From positions 1 through 64,000 of the IMG/VR virus record IMGVR_UViG_3300025723_000019: 64,000 nt of DNA; one strand, written 5' to 3'. The position numbers and the translations under genes were made by a program. This document shows positions 36,001 to 43,991 of this stretch, piece by piece (position 1 is the stretch's first letter; every line of letters begins with the position of its first letter). Origin of the DNA: an uncultured virus (IMG/VR IMGVR_UViG_3300025723_000019). Taxonomy: Duplodnaviria > Heunggongvirae > Uroviricota > Caudoviricetes. Under the pieces are notes generated by a model, which was given only the letters and a program-made list of their open reading frames with translations, searched no databases and was not told the DNA's origin.

Positions 36001-36779
36001 TGGTCTTCTCCGTCCAAGAATCGTTGCAGGATGTTGATGGTTCCACCACTGCCGGGTCGCCCCTCGGCCAATCCCGCGCCACCCGGAAGGTAATCCCGCC
36101 AACGCTCGTTCGGCCCAAGGAAGGTGGAAAGCATCATCGTAAACTGCGGGTCAGCGTTGCGGCGAAGGAGCGCGTAGTTTTCGGCTGCGGTCAAGAGTTC
36201 GCTCGGTGAAATCCCCTCGCGAATTCGTGCTTCGTACTGCTTGCCAGCAGTGGTTTTGTTTGTTTTTCGCGGGTAGACGAGCCAGATTGCTAAAAACTCT
36301 GGGCTGTAGGGGTGCCGTTCCCGCTTTTTCCTTGATTTTTCAAGGATTTCACTGGAATGAACAATATCTTTTTCTATCTTCAGTTCTTTCTCTCTATATA
36401 TCCTTTCTTCTTGTCGGAAATACCGGTTACCGGTTTCTCCGTATCCGGTAAACCCGGAACCGGTCAAGTCATTTTCCCAACCAAAGGGGATGTCGTAGAC
36501 CTCGTAGTCGAATTCACCAAGGGTGCCATCCTCTTGGCGCACCTGCGTTGTCTTGACGTACCCAGCAGATTTCAGTTCGGCAAGCAGGTTGTAAATCTTG
36601 TCCCTCTTGGCGTTGGGACTTTCTTTCGCCAGTTGGCGAGCGTGGACTGACCAGTGCGCTGGCTTGGAGAGCAGGTAGATGAGCAGGCCGCGGGCTGACC
36701 AACTCAGGTCGGCATCACAGATAGCCGCGTTGGTCACGATGGTGAAGTTCTCGGTGGGGTTGGCTGTCCGACGAATCAT
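35997..36779 (-). CDS. phage replication initiator (N-terminal wHTH)
   Basis: NFTIVTN..LSWSARGLLIYLLS, ELKSAGY; C-terminal FLAIWLVYPRK..STFLG. Confidence 0.75.
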   Translation of the reverse strand: MIRRTANPTENFTIVTNAAICDADLSWSARGLLIYLLSKPAHWSVHARQLAKESPNAKRDKIYNLLAELKSAGYVKTTQVRQEDGTLGEFDYEVYDIPFGWENDLTGSGFTGYGETGNRYFRQEERIYREKELKIEKDIVHSSEILEKSRKKRERHPYSPEFLAIWLVYPRKTNKTTAGKQYEARIREGISPSELLTAAENYALLRRNADPQFTMMLSTFLGPNERWRDYLPGGAGLAEGRPGSGGTINILQRFLDGEDH

Positions 36780-36947
36780 TTGGTTCTCCAATCGGGTGGG
36801 GCGAAGAACATACCGTCTTTTTGCGCTCTGTGCAGAGAAGCCCCGTGAGCGTTCTCGGTGCCGGGGACAGGAATTCCTACCCCCCGACACTTTGAACGCC
36901 ACACGGGGCAAATTAGCCGGGTCTGGTGAAGCCCTACAGGGCTACGG

Positions 36948-37880
36948 CTAGCCCTCGTCTTCCTCGGAAGACGCTTCGCTCGTCAGCGCGGCCAGTTCGA
37001 TTGCTGCCTCGGCCACGTCGTTCACCAAGTCCATCGCCTCATCGAAGCGGGACTTGGGCATCGCTGCCACCTTGGGCAGTCCCTTGTCTGACCACACGGC
37101 CTTCAGGGTGCGACGGCTTTCCGGGGAGAGCGCACGGATGCGCCCATCCAGCAGGTCACGCTCGTTGCTGTCCACGATGGGGTCACCGGCTCGGAGCCAC
37201 GACAGGAACGTCTCGGCACCCTCCTTGGCCTTGCCAGCGTTGAACACTTGGTCGGCCAGCACCTCGCATCGGGTCTTGCCCACGATGGTTCGGTGGTCGG
37301 TGTCCATTTCCAGCACCAGCGTGTACTCGTATTCGATTCCGTCACGCTGCTGCGGAGCGAGGCCAACCTTCTTCGGGCTGATTTTGCCGTACTCGTTCTT
37401 CTCCAGTGAGTACTCGGTCTTGGAGCGCATCGTGGTGATGATGTGTCCGTCGAACGCGAGGATGGCATCCACCATCCGTTGCTGGATAGGGGTCGCTACC
37501 TTCCAACCGGCGAAGTTGTTGCCCTTGGCTGCTGCACCGGCTTGGTCAACGATTTCCAAGATTCCACCTTGGCCGTTCCAAAAGTGCGTGAGGCTGTCAA
37601 TCACGACAACCGCGTAGCCTTCGTTCTCGGCAACCTTCAACGCCTCAATGAGACGGTCTGGGTGGTAGGGCGCGCTCATCGAAAGAGCGTCGAAGTCGAA
37701 GCGGTCAGCGTACAACTTTGCTGAATCACGCTCGGTGTCAATGACGGCAATCTTCCCACCGTCTGCAAGAACCTCTGCCCAAAGAAGCGACGAGTAGGTC
37801 TTGCCCGAACCCGATGGCCCGGTAACTGCGATGCGAGCCTTAGCCTCAGCCTTGGTCGCTTTGGTGAACAGTGAACTCAC
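36948..37880 (-). CDS. AAA ATPase (Sak4-like recombinase family)
   Basis: GPSGSGKT, VIDTE, VVIDSLTHFW, QRDGIEYEY. Confidence 0.85.
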   Translation of the reverse strand: MSSLFTKATKAEAKARIAVTGPSGSGKTYSSLLWAEVLADGGKIAVIDTERDSAKLYADRFDFDALSMSAPYHPDRLIEALKVAENEGYAVVVIDSLTHFWNGQGGILEIVDQAGAAAKGNNFAGWKVATPIQQRMVDAILAFDGHIITTMRSKTEYSLEKNEYGKISPKKVGLAPQQRDGIEYEYTLVLEMDTDHRTIVGKTRCEVLADQVFNAGKAKEGAETFLSWLRAGDPIVDSNERDLLDGRIRALSPESRRTLKAVWSDKGLPKVAAMPKSRFDEAMDLVNDVAEAAIELAALTSEASSEEDEG

Positions 37881-37984
37881 GGTTCCCTGCCTTTCTGTAG
37901 TCAATGCACGCGGCACTGGTATTGGTATCGGTGCGTTGATTCTACCACAGATTTACTCAACCCGTGTCAAGTAGCGATGGGCTA

Positions 37985-38012
37985 CTACCCCACCCTGCTG
38001 GGGGTGGGGTAG
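37985..38012 (-). terminator. hairpin
   Basis: CTACCCCACCC...GGGGTGGGGTAG. Confidence 0.5.
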
Positions 38013-38032
38013 CGTTGCCCTGCTTCGCCCGT

Positions 38033-38401
38033 CTACTCAGGCTGCCGGGGGAAGCGACGCTCAACATCGTCTTGGTACATCAAGACGTGGGCATCGCTCA
38101 CACCGTTGGCCATCAGCATCTCAAACGTCTCTCCGGCCTGTCGCTCCAAGCCTTCGGGGACATCGAGCCAGAACGCCTCTCGGTATCGGATGGCATCTGT
38201 CTCCACCAACATCTTCCCGGCATCTATGCCGTTCAAGGTGACGGTGAACGTTCCATCGAAGTTGTCCGATTCGCTGACTGGGTACTCCAGCAGCCCGGCT
38301 CCCTTGTAGAACGCCCAGATTTCCTCTGGCAACACGAACTCTGCCGTGTCGTACGGTGCTGCCGTAGCAGCCTGACGGGTACTGCGAATGGCGTTGGCCA
38401 T
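38033..38401 (-). CDS. hypothetical protein
   Basis: AAGGGAG RBS, downstream of promoter 38466-38493. Confidence 0.7.
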   Translation of the reverse strand: MANAIRSTRQAATAAPYDTAEFVLPEEIWAFYKGAGLLEYPVSESDNFDGTFTVTLNGIDAGKMLVETDAIRYREAFWLDVPEGLERQAGETFEMLMANGVSDAHVLMYQDDVERRFPRQPE

Positions 38402-38465
38402 TTGCTTGCTCCCTTGGGTAGGTTGTCAATGAACGTGCTGGCGAGCCAGCGTGTACTGCACCTTT

Positions 38466-38565
38466 AGTATGCCTGAGGTTTTGGAAAAGTCAAGACCCAA
38501 TTTGAAAATATTTTTTGGTGACTGGAGAAATTGCCCCTTGACTTTAGTTAGGATTAGTGTATACT
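38466..38565. promoter_or_regulatory. divergent promoter pair
   Basis: minus: TTGACT-16-CATACT (38493-38466); plus: TTGACT-16-TATACT (38538-38565). Confidence 0.65.
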
Positions 38566-38635
38566 TCAGGTAGGCCCTTGCCGGGTGGGGCGCAAACCCG
38601 GCACAGTTCATTGACAACCGAAACAGGGAGCGAAG

Positions 38636-38923
38636 ATGATTCGACGCAATTCTTCTGACGCACCGGTGCAGTATGACCGGCAGTGGACAGAGGTGACGGA
38701 ATGGAACGGCTTTGAGAAAGGCGAACTCGTTCACGTCACTGGTACTCACGGTTGTGAGTTTCGCTTTATGTACGCTCACGAGCGTGACGGTGAAGTTGTC
38801 GAAGTGACCGTTCACGGTGGTGACCGAGGCCACGCCTCGTACCGCACGTTCGCAGCAGGCCGCGTGGTGAAGCCAACGGCAGCGAAGCGTCGCAGGACGC
38901 GGAGCGAGATGGTTCGGGCGTAA
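38636..38923 (+). CDS. SH3-like hypothetical protein, paralog of 60557-60829
   Basis: shared W.G..KG.LV.V.G..FRF..DGEV.EVTVHGG..GH.S.RTF. Confidence 0.75.
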   Translation: MIRRNSSDAPVQYDRQWTEVTEWNGFEKGELVHVTGTHGCEFRFMYAHERDGEVVEVTVHGGDRGHASYRTFAAGRVVKPTAAKRRRTRSEMVRA

Positions 38924-39336
38924 TGCTGGTGCCATTCATCAAGTGCGCTTGCCGGGGTAAGCGGTGTGGACTGAGTGTGTTCTCACCCTTACACGGCAAG
39001 CGTTCCGGGTACACGGTCAACGGCTGTCGCTGTGAGCCGTGCTTGGAAGCCAACCGGCTTTACCTCCGCGACTACAACGCTCGCCGTGACGCACACGGGG
39101 GCGACCCCTTGAAGCACGAGCGCAGTGGTGAACGATGCAAGTGTGGCAACACACGATGCAGGCTCACCGTCAACGACGAGCGACACGGCACGACCACGGG
39201 ACACAAAGCCAAGTGCATTTGCGCTCCGTGCCGTCGGGCTGGTGCTGATAGCAAGAACGCCAAGCGCGGCGTTGTTCTAGACCCGGCTCGCCCAGAGCGT
39301 TGGAACAAGTTTAAAAAAATTCCGATTAGGTCTTGA
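38923..39336 (+). CDS. Cys-rich protein with HG..GY..GCRC..C repeats
   Basis: two HGxxxG(Y/H)xxxC(R/I)CxPC repeats. Confidence 0.65.
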   Translation: MLVPFIKCACRGKRCGLSVFSPLHGKRSGYTVNGCRCEPCLEANRLYLRDYNARRDAHGGDPLKHERSGERCKCGNTRCRLTVNDERHGTTTGHKAKCICAPCRRAGADSKNAKRGVVLDPARPERWNKFKKIPIRS

Positions 39337-39361
39337 CTTTGTGACAACCCTCAGGCAGACT
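39333..39361 (+). promoter_or_regulatory. sigma70-type promoter
   Basis: TTGACT-TTGTGACAACCCTCAGG-CAGACT, ATG six nt downstream. Confidence 0.7.
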
Positions 39362-39367
39362 TAGGTT

Positions 39368-39526
39368 ATGGAACAACTCACAGCAGCAGAGATGCAGGAA
39401 ATCAAGGAGCAGGTCGAAGCGGAATTCGCAGCCGAAGCAGCATTGTTCGCAGCGATGACCGACGAAGACGCAGAGTGGTTGGCTGAGGAAATGGCAGTCA
39501 ACGCTTGGGAAGAAAGGAACATCTGA
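39368..39526 (+). CDS. acidic hypothetical protein
   Basis: 52-aa leaderless ORF MEQLTAAEMQ... Confidence 0.6.
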   Translation: MEQLTAAEMQEIKEQVEAEFAAEAALFAAMTDEDAEWLAEEMAVNAWEERNI

Positions 39527-39735
39527 TGACGGAACTTCAGGTAATCGAAGCAGCACACAACATCCGTGAGGCAATCGCCAAGGGTGACCTCATCAAGGCT
39601 GACATTATCGCAGCCGGAATCGTGGCCTCGTTTGAGCAGGCCAACGAACACCACTTCCAAGTGTGGAGTGACAAGGAAGCAATGGCCGAACTTGCCTTTC
39701 AAGGCATTGAGACAGAAACTGAGGTAGCACGATGA
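39526..39735 (+). CDS. hypothetical protein
   Basis: TGATG coupling. Confidence 0.6.
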   Translation: MTELQVIEAAHNIREAIAKGDLIKADIIAAGIVASFEQANEHHFQVWSDKEAMAELAFQGIETETEVAR

Positions 39736-40031
39736 ACACCACCACCAAGCCACAGCGCACCACCAACATCTTCTTCAACAGTTGGGGTGACCCAGTGCCT
39801 GTTGCAAAGGTTGCGTTCGCAGCGTTCGCAGCGTTCGATGATGTCGAATGGGAAGGCACCCTTGACGAGTTCTACTGCAACTTCACAGACTTGCGAGCGA
39901 TGGCCAAGGACAACTTCTGGTCGCTGAACGATGACGAGGACACGTTGGAGAACGACTGGATGGAGTTCGCCAGCGAGATGAACCGAGCGTTCCCGATTCT
40001 CCGAGCAGCGATGAACAAGATTGAGAATTGA
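39732..40031 (+). CDS. hypothetical protein
   Basis: GAGGT RBS, ATGA coupling. Confidence 0.65.
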   Translation: MNTTTKPQRTTNIFFNSWGDPVPVAKVAFAAFAAFDDVEWEGTLDEFYCNFTDLRAMAKDNFWSLNDDEDTLENDWMEFASEMNRAFPILRAAMNKIEN

Positions 40032-40056
40032 CAGTGTGACACCCATCTGCTAAACT
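40028..40056 (+). promoter_or_regulatory. sigma70-type promoter
   Basis: TTGACA-17-TAAACT; spacer GTGTGACACCC. Confidence 0.6.
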
Positions 40057-40094
40057 CCAGTTTAGTAGTTCAGACCAGTAGAAAGAAGGAAGCA

Positions 40095-40664
40095 ATGGAA
40101 GCAGCAGTGCAAGACCTGTCCGAGTTTCTCGCTAGCGAGGGACAGCCAGAGCGATTCGTGGACACCACGACTGAGTTCACCATCAACAATGAAGACGAGG
40201 CACTGTGGGCGATGCGTCGCCTCGCTCAGGCGCAGCGTCGCATTGACGAGGTGAAGCGTCAGGCGCAAGTTGAGATTGACCGCATTGAGCGTTGGGTCGA
40301 AACCAACGTTGCCACCCACAAGCCAACGGTGGAGTTCTTTGAGTTGGCGTTGTCGGACTTCCTCATCCGTGTCCGCGAGGACAGTGCTGATGGTCGCAAG
40401 TCCTTGGACTTCCCCGACGGTGCCGTGACCTCTCGTGTCACTCCCCCGAAGGTGGCCGTGACCGATGCCGATGCGTTCCTCGCTTGGGCTGAGGTGAACC
40501 ACCCTGAGTGGATTCGCACGAAGCGTGAGGCCGATGTTGCGACGCTGAAGAAGGTCGTGGACTTCGCTGGTGACAGCGTGGTTGACCCTCTCACCGGCGC
40601 AGTGGTGGATGGCCTCCAACACACCGAGGGTGGCATCTCAGTCAGCGTGAAGGTGGCTGGCTGA
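40095..40664 (+). CDS. gam: Mu Gam-like host-nuclease inhibitor
   Basis: EALWAMRRL coiled coil, KSLDFPDGAVTSR, IRTKRE.D...LKK. Confidence 0.75.
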   Translation: MEAAVQDLSEFLASEGQPERFVDTTTEFTINNEDEALWAMRRLAQAQRRIDEVKRQAQVEIDRIERWVETNVATHKPTVEFFELALSDFLIRVREDSADGRKSLDFPDGAVTSRVTPPKVAVTDADAFLAWAEVNHPEWIRTKREADVATLKKVVDFAGDSVVDPLTGAVVDGLQHTEGGISVSVKVAG

Positions 40665-40665
40665 G

Positions 40666-41013
40666 GTGACCATCAACATCTACGACCACGCCAGTCCGTT
40701 CAACCCGAACGGCTACTACATCGTGACCGGTGGTGACGTTATCGGCGTAGCGCAATGTCGCGACTGCGCCGATAACGGTGACCGGGCTGGGGCAGCACTT
40801 GTTGGTGATGACTGGGAGCCAATCTCCTACCACAACGAAACCGACACTCCGGTTCACTGCGATTCGTGCGATGCGCTCATCTTCACGGCGTTGACCCCCG
40901 ATGGCCGGGAGTACGTAAGGGATGCAATCGCCAGTGGTGATGGCTCGGAAGCAGTGTTGCAGGCTTGGGCTACGGCGTGGCCTGCACTTGTCGAACCGAA
41001 GGAGAGCAACTGA
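40666..41013 (+). CDS. hypothetical Zn-binding protein
   Basis: CRDC..HCDSC; LTPDGREYV. Confidence 0.65.
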   Translation: MTINIYDHASPFNPNGYYIVTGGDVIGVAQCRDCADNGDRAGAALVGDDWEPISYHNETDTPVHCDSCDALIFTALTPDGREYVRDAIASGDGSEAVLQAWATAWPALVEPKESN

Positions 41014-41450
41014 TGGGACTTGACCAATACGCCTACGCTGTTCGCCCCCACAGCGACAACATCGAATTCGGGTGGGCGTGGGAAGCGCACGACCAAGACT
41101 ACGACAGCAAGGTGTTCAAAATCGCCCAGTGGCGAAAGCACAGCGACTTGCAGGGCTGGATGGAGAACCTTTGGGTGACGAAGCGCACCCTCGCTGGTGA
41201 CCCACCTCAGCCATCCGAGGATGGGATGTTCGCTGGGGACTTGGGATTCAACTGCGAGCCGGTGCGACTAAGCCTCACCGACTTGGAGCAACTGGAGACC
41301 GCGGTGAACCGTGATGAACTTCCCGAAACGTCGGGGTTCTTCTTTGGCAGGTCAACGCCTGAGCGCAAAGACAACGACTTGGTGTTCATCCGTACGGCAC
41401 GAGACTACATTGCCGACGGCTACGACATCTACTACACGAGTTGGTGGTGA
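41013..41450 (+). CDS. conserved phage hypothetical protein
   Basis: MGLDQYAY..WRKH..LQGWM..FNC..GFFFG..YYTSWW pattern; AAGGAG RBS. Confidence 0.75.
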   Translation: MGLDQYAYAVRPHSDNIEFGWAWEAHDQDYDSKVFKIAQWRKHSDLQGWMENLWVTKRTLAGDPPQPSEDGMFAGDLGFNCEPVRLSLTDLEQLETAVNRDELPETSGFFFGRSTPERKDNDLVFIRTARDYIADGYDIYYTSWW

Positions 41451-41452
41451 CA

Positions 41453-41674
41453 ATGGGTGGCAAGCAAGACGCAGTAAAGGTTGTCTGGTTCGATAACATC
41501 TTCGGTGCTGTTCTGCCCGACACAACCGAGCCGGTCAGTTGGCTCATCCGCAACGACTATGTGCTGATGGGCGAAGTGAGTTTCAACCCCGGTTTGACGA
41601 AGGTGCCGGTGCGCCACTTGCCGAGTGGCCACACGAGCCTCGCCAAGATTGTCACGGTGCCAGTAGAGCAGTAA
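41453..41674 (+). CDS. hypothetical protein
   Basis: last ORF before hairpin. Confidence 0.5.
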   Translation: MGGKQDAVKVVWFDNIFGAVLPDTTEPVSWLIRNDYVLMGEVSFNPGLTKVPVRHLPSGHTSLAKIVTVPVEQ

Positions 41675-41680
41675 GCACGA

Positions 41681-41717
41681 GCCGGTGGGCGTGGGAAATT
41701 CCCACAGACCCACCGGC
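41681..41717. terminator. hairpin between convergent operons
   Basis: GCCGGTGGG.GTGGGAAATTCCCAC..CCCACCGGC. Confidence 0.65.
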
Positions 41718-41729
41718 CTGAGTGCTTGG

Positions 41730-42017
41730 CTACTTGGTGATGCTGGCCGGACGCTTTGCGCCCATAAGGATGCCGAGTGCCGGAACCTTGGCCTCAGCGA
41801 AGTGGATGGCCGTGCTGTAGGCCGTAGCGACTGCCGGGGCAACGTAGGCGTAGGCCTGCGTCGGGGTCAACTTGAAGCCGACCTTGGCAGCGAGCGAAAT
41901 CAGCACACCGACGATGGCCGGGACAACGTAGCGGATGACCGTGGCTCCGAGAGCCTTGGGGTCAACGGCTGGCTTAGTCGCGGCTGGTGATGCTGTGTTG
42001 GTTGGTTGGGTGGTCAT
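41730..42017 (-). CDS. holin-like membrane protein
   Basis: AAGGAG RBS; two TM segments, IRYVVPAIVG, EAKVPALG.LMG. Confidence 0.6.
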   Translation of the reverse strand: MTTQPTNTASPAATKPAVDPKALGATVIRYVVPAIVGVLISLAAKVGFKLTPTQAYAYVAPAVATAYSTAIHFAEAKVPALGILMGAKRPASITK

Positions 42018-42360
42018 TTTTACTCTCCTTTGAGAGGGCTTGGGTGAGGTCGCCCTCGGCTTCGGCACGATGCCAACCGAGGTGACGCTCCACCTTATCC
42101 TCAATGCCGTCAAAGCGAATGTCCATACGCTGAAATCCGAGTTCAATCTTTTCAAATTTGGTGTCCATCCGGGCGATGTGTTCAGCCACGGTTCCAAATT
42201 GGGTGTTCACTCCGTCGAATTGGTCGGCTAGCCCTTGGTTGTCGGTGTGGTTCTCCTTACGGCCACGGTGGGCCGAATACCACGCAGAACTGGCTGCCAA
42301 AGTCGCTGGAATCGCTGAGATAATGGCTGCCAAGACATAGGGTTGAGACGTGGCTGCCAT
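41974..42360 (-). CDS. membrane/coiled-coil protein (lysis-cassette type)
   Basis: N-terminal TM then coiled coil ending HLGWH. Confidence 0.6.
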   Translation of the reverse strand: MAATSQPYVLAAIISAIPATLAASSAWYSAHRGRKENHTDNQGLADQFDGVNTQFGTVAEHIARMDTKFEKIELGFQRMDIRFDGIEDKVERHLGWHRAEAEGDLTQALSKESKNDHPTNQHSITSRD

Positions 42361-42395
42361 AGCGCAAGTTTAGAACAAGATTTGGAAATACCGTG

Positions 42396-43991
42396 CTAGG
42401 CAATTGACCCCGGTGGAGCGTCGTTTACACCACAGTCGTAGACCACAAACTTTTGGATGGTCACGCTATCGAAAGCGATGGTTGCTGAATTGGAACCAAT
42501 TTGCTTCATCCCTAGGTACCAATCGTAAGTCGGTTGCCACTGGCCAGTCTTAATGGCTTGGGTTGGTGAATCCCAGAACGTCGTAGAGCAGTGAACGGTG
42601 TAGACCTTATTCGACACTCCGGTGACGTTGATGACTTCCATCTCTTGGTAGTTCGCTGGTGATTGCGAGCCGGTTGTTCCGGCCCACGGCGACGGGGCAA
42701 TAACGCCCAGTGAAATCAGGGTAGGCGTTGATGAATCCGTGATGCTCGTAGAAAGGTTTGGAAGGGTGACAGTGACAGAAGGGCTTGGTGGCGTGACGGA
42801 CACGGCACCGTAGTTCACGAAGGTGAATTGCAGGTTATGAATCAGGTTTTCGTTGTTATTGTTGCTGCTGTCGGTAGTCCAATAGACATCGGAAGTTGAA
42901 CCATTGACAACCGTTGTGAGGTTGGTGGTAGAACCAGTGCCTCGTGCCGTGCCAGAGAATGGGCTACCGGCGAAGGCAGCCTCTCCTGCGATGCTGCCTC
43001 GTGTGGTGATTGGATACTCCGTGGCTCCTGAGGCGTTATTGCCGACGAACGCACTACTGGAATTCAAAATCACGAATGGTGGGTTGGGCGTGAGGCCACC
43101 ACCAGAGAAGTTGAAGTAGTAGGTGTTTCCACCAACGGTCTGCGTCGTTGCCGTTGATTGAAAAACAGTGTCGTACAAAAGGTCAGCGTTTGCTGGAAGT
43201 CCAAAGCCCGTGACGTACGAGTTGCCCGATTGGGAGAGCAGGGTGTTAAGACCGGTCACGTCACCCGTCAAGTTTTGGAGCAACTGACCAGTGTTGACGG
43301 TGTAAGTTGTCCCACTTCCCTGTCGAACGGTCATCGTCGGGCTTCCACCAGTTGTGCCTCGGATGTAGCCAATCATTGTGGCTAATGCCCAAGCGTTTCC
43401 ACCACTGAGCGACGCATAGGCCGAGTACGTTCCGGTGTTGGAAACTGTCGCAGAACCCGTGTAAGTGCTGCTGGCCGTTCCACTGAAATATGGCGTAGTA
43501 CCCGTGACTTCAAAGGTCACTGTGGCTTCGGCTCGGTAGATGCGGTTTGGAAGATACGAAGTCGTAATCTTGGTCGCTGAAATCGGTTGTGGCGTGGTCG
43601 TAGTCGTGATGGTTTGCCCCGACGTTGCCCCGGTATGGCCAAGAAGCGACATTGGTGAACGGACAGTTCCAATCGTGGACTTGTTGCTTCCAGCAAGGGA
43701 ACCCACAACCCACTCGTCGTGGCCAGTAGCCATAATCCACACGGTGTCACCAATATTTGGAACGTAGGATTCCAAGAACCGAATTCCGTGCGTGGGGTGG
43801 TCATCGCCAGCCAACTGCACACTGACTACAGGGAACGAGTAAAACGCTGCGCCAGTTGCCGGTTCAGGTGGTGTAAAACCGGGGTCGTAGCCAACGACAA
43901 TGCCCATACGGATGGTGTCCGTTGGGGGCAAGTGAAATTGGTTGTTGGCAATAAGGGCGTTGACCAGTGGTCGAAAGTCGAATTCAGCCAT
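42396..43991 (-). CDS. minor tail protein
   Basis: OB-fold-like N-terminus (YVPNIGDTVWI) and T/S-rich body; position. Confidence 0.7.
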   Translation of the reverse strand: MAEFDFRPLVNALIANNQFHLPPTDTIRMGIVVGYDPGFTPPEPATGAAFYSFPVVSVQLAGDDHPTHGIRFLESYVPNIGDTVWIMATGHDEWVVGSLAGSNKSTIGTVRSPMSLLGHTGATSGQTITTTTTPQPISATKITTSYLPNRIYRAEATVTFEVTGTTPYFSGTASSTYTGSATVSNTGTYSAYASLSGGNAWALATMIGYIRGTTGGSPTMTVRQGSGTTYTVNTGQLLQNLTGDVTGLNTLLSQSGNSYVTGFGLPANADLLYDTVFQSTATTQTVGGNTYYFNFSGGGLTPNPPFVILNSSSAFVGNNASGATEYPITTRGSIAGEAAFAGSPFSGTARGTGSTTNLTTVVNGSTSDVYWTTDSSNNNNENLIHNLQFTFVNYGAVSVTPPSPSVTVTLPNLSTSITDSSTPTLISLGVIAPSPWAGTTGSQSPANYQEMEVINVTGVSNKVYTVHCSTTFWDSPTQAIKTGQWQPTYDWYLGMKQIGSNSATIAFDSVTIQKFVVYDCGVNDAPPGSIA

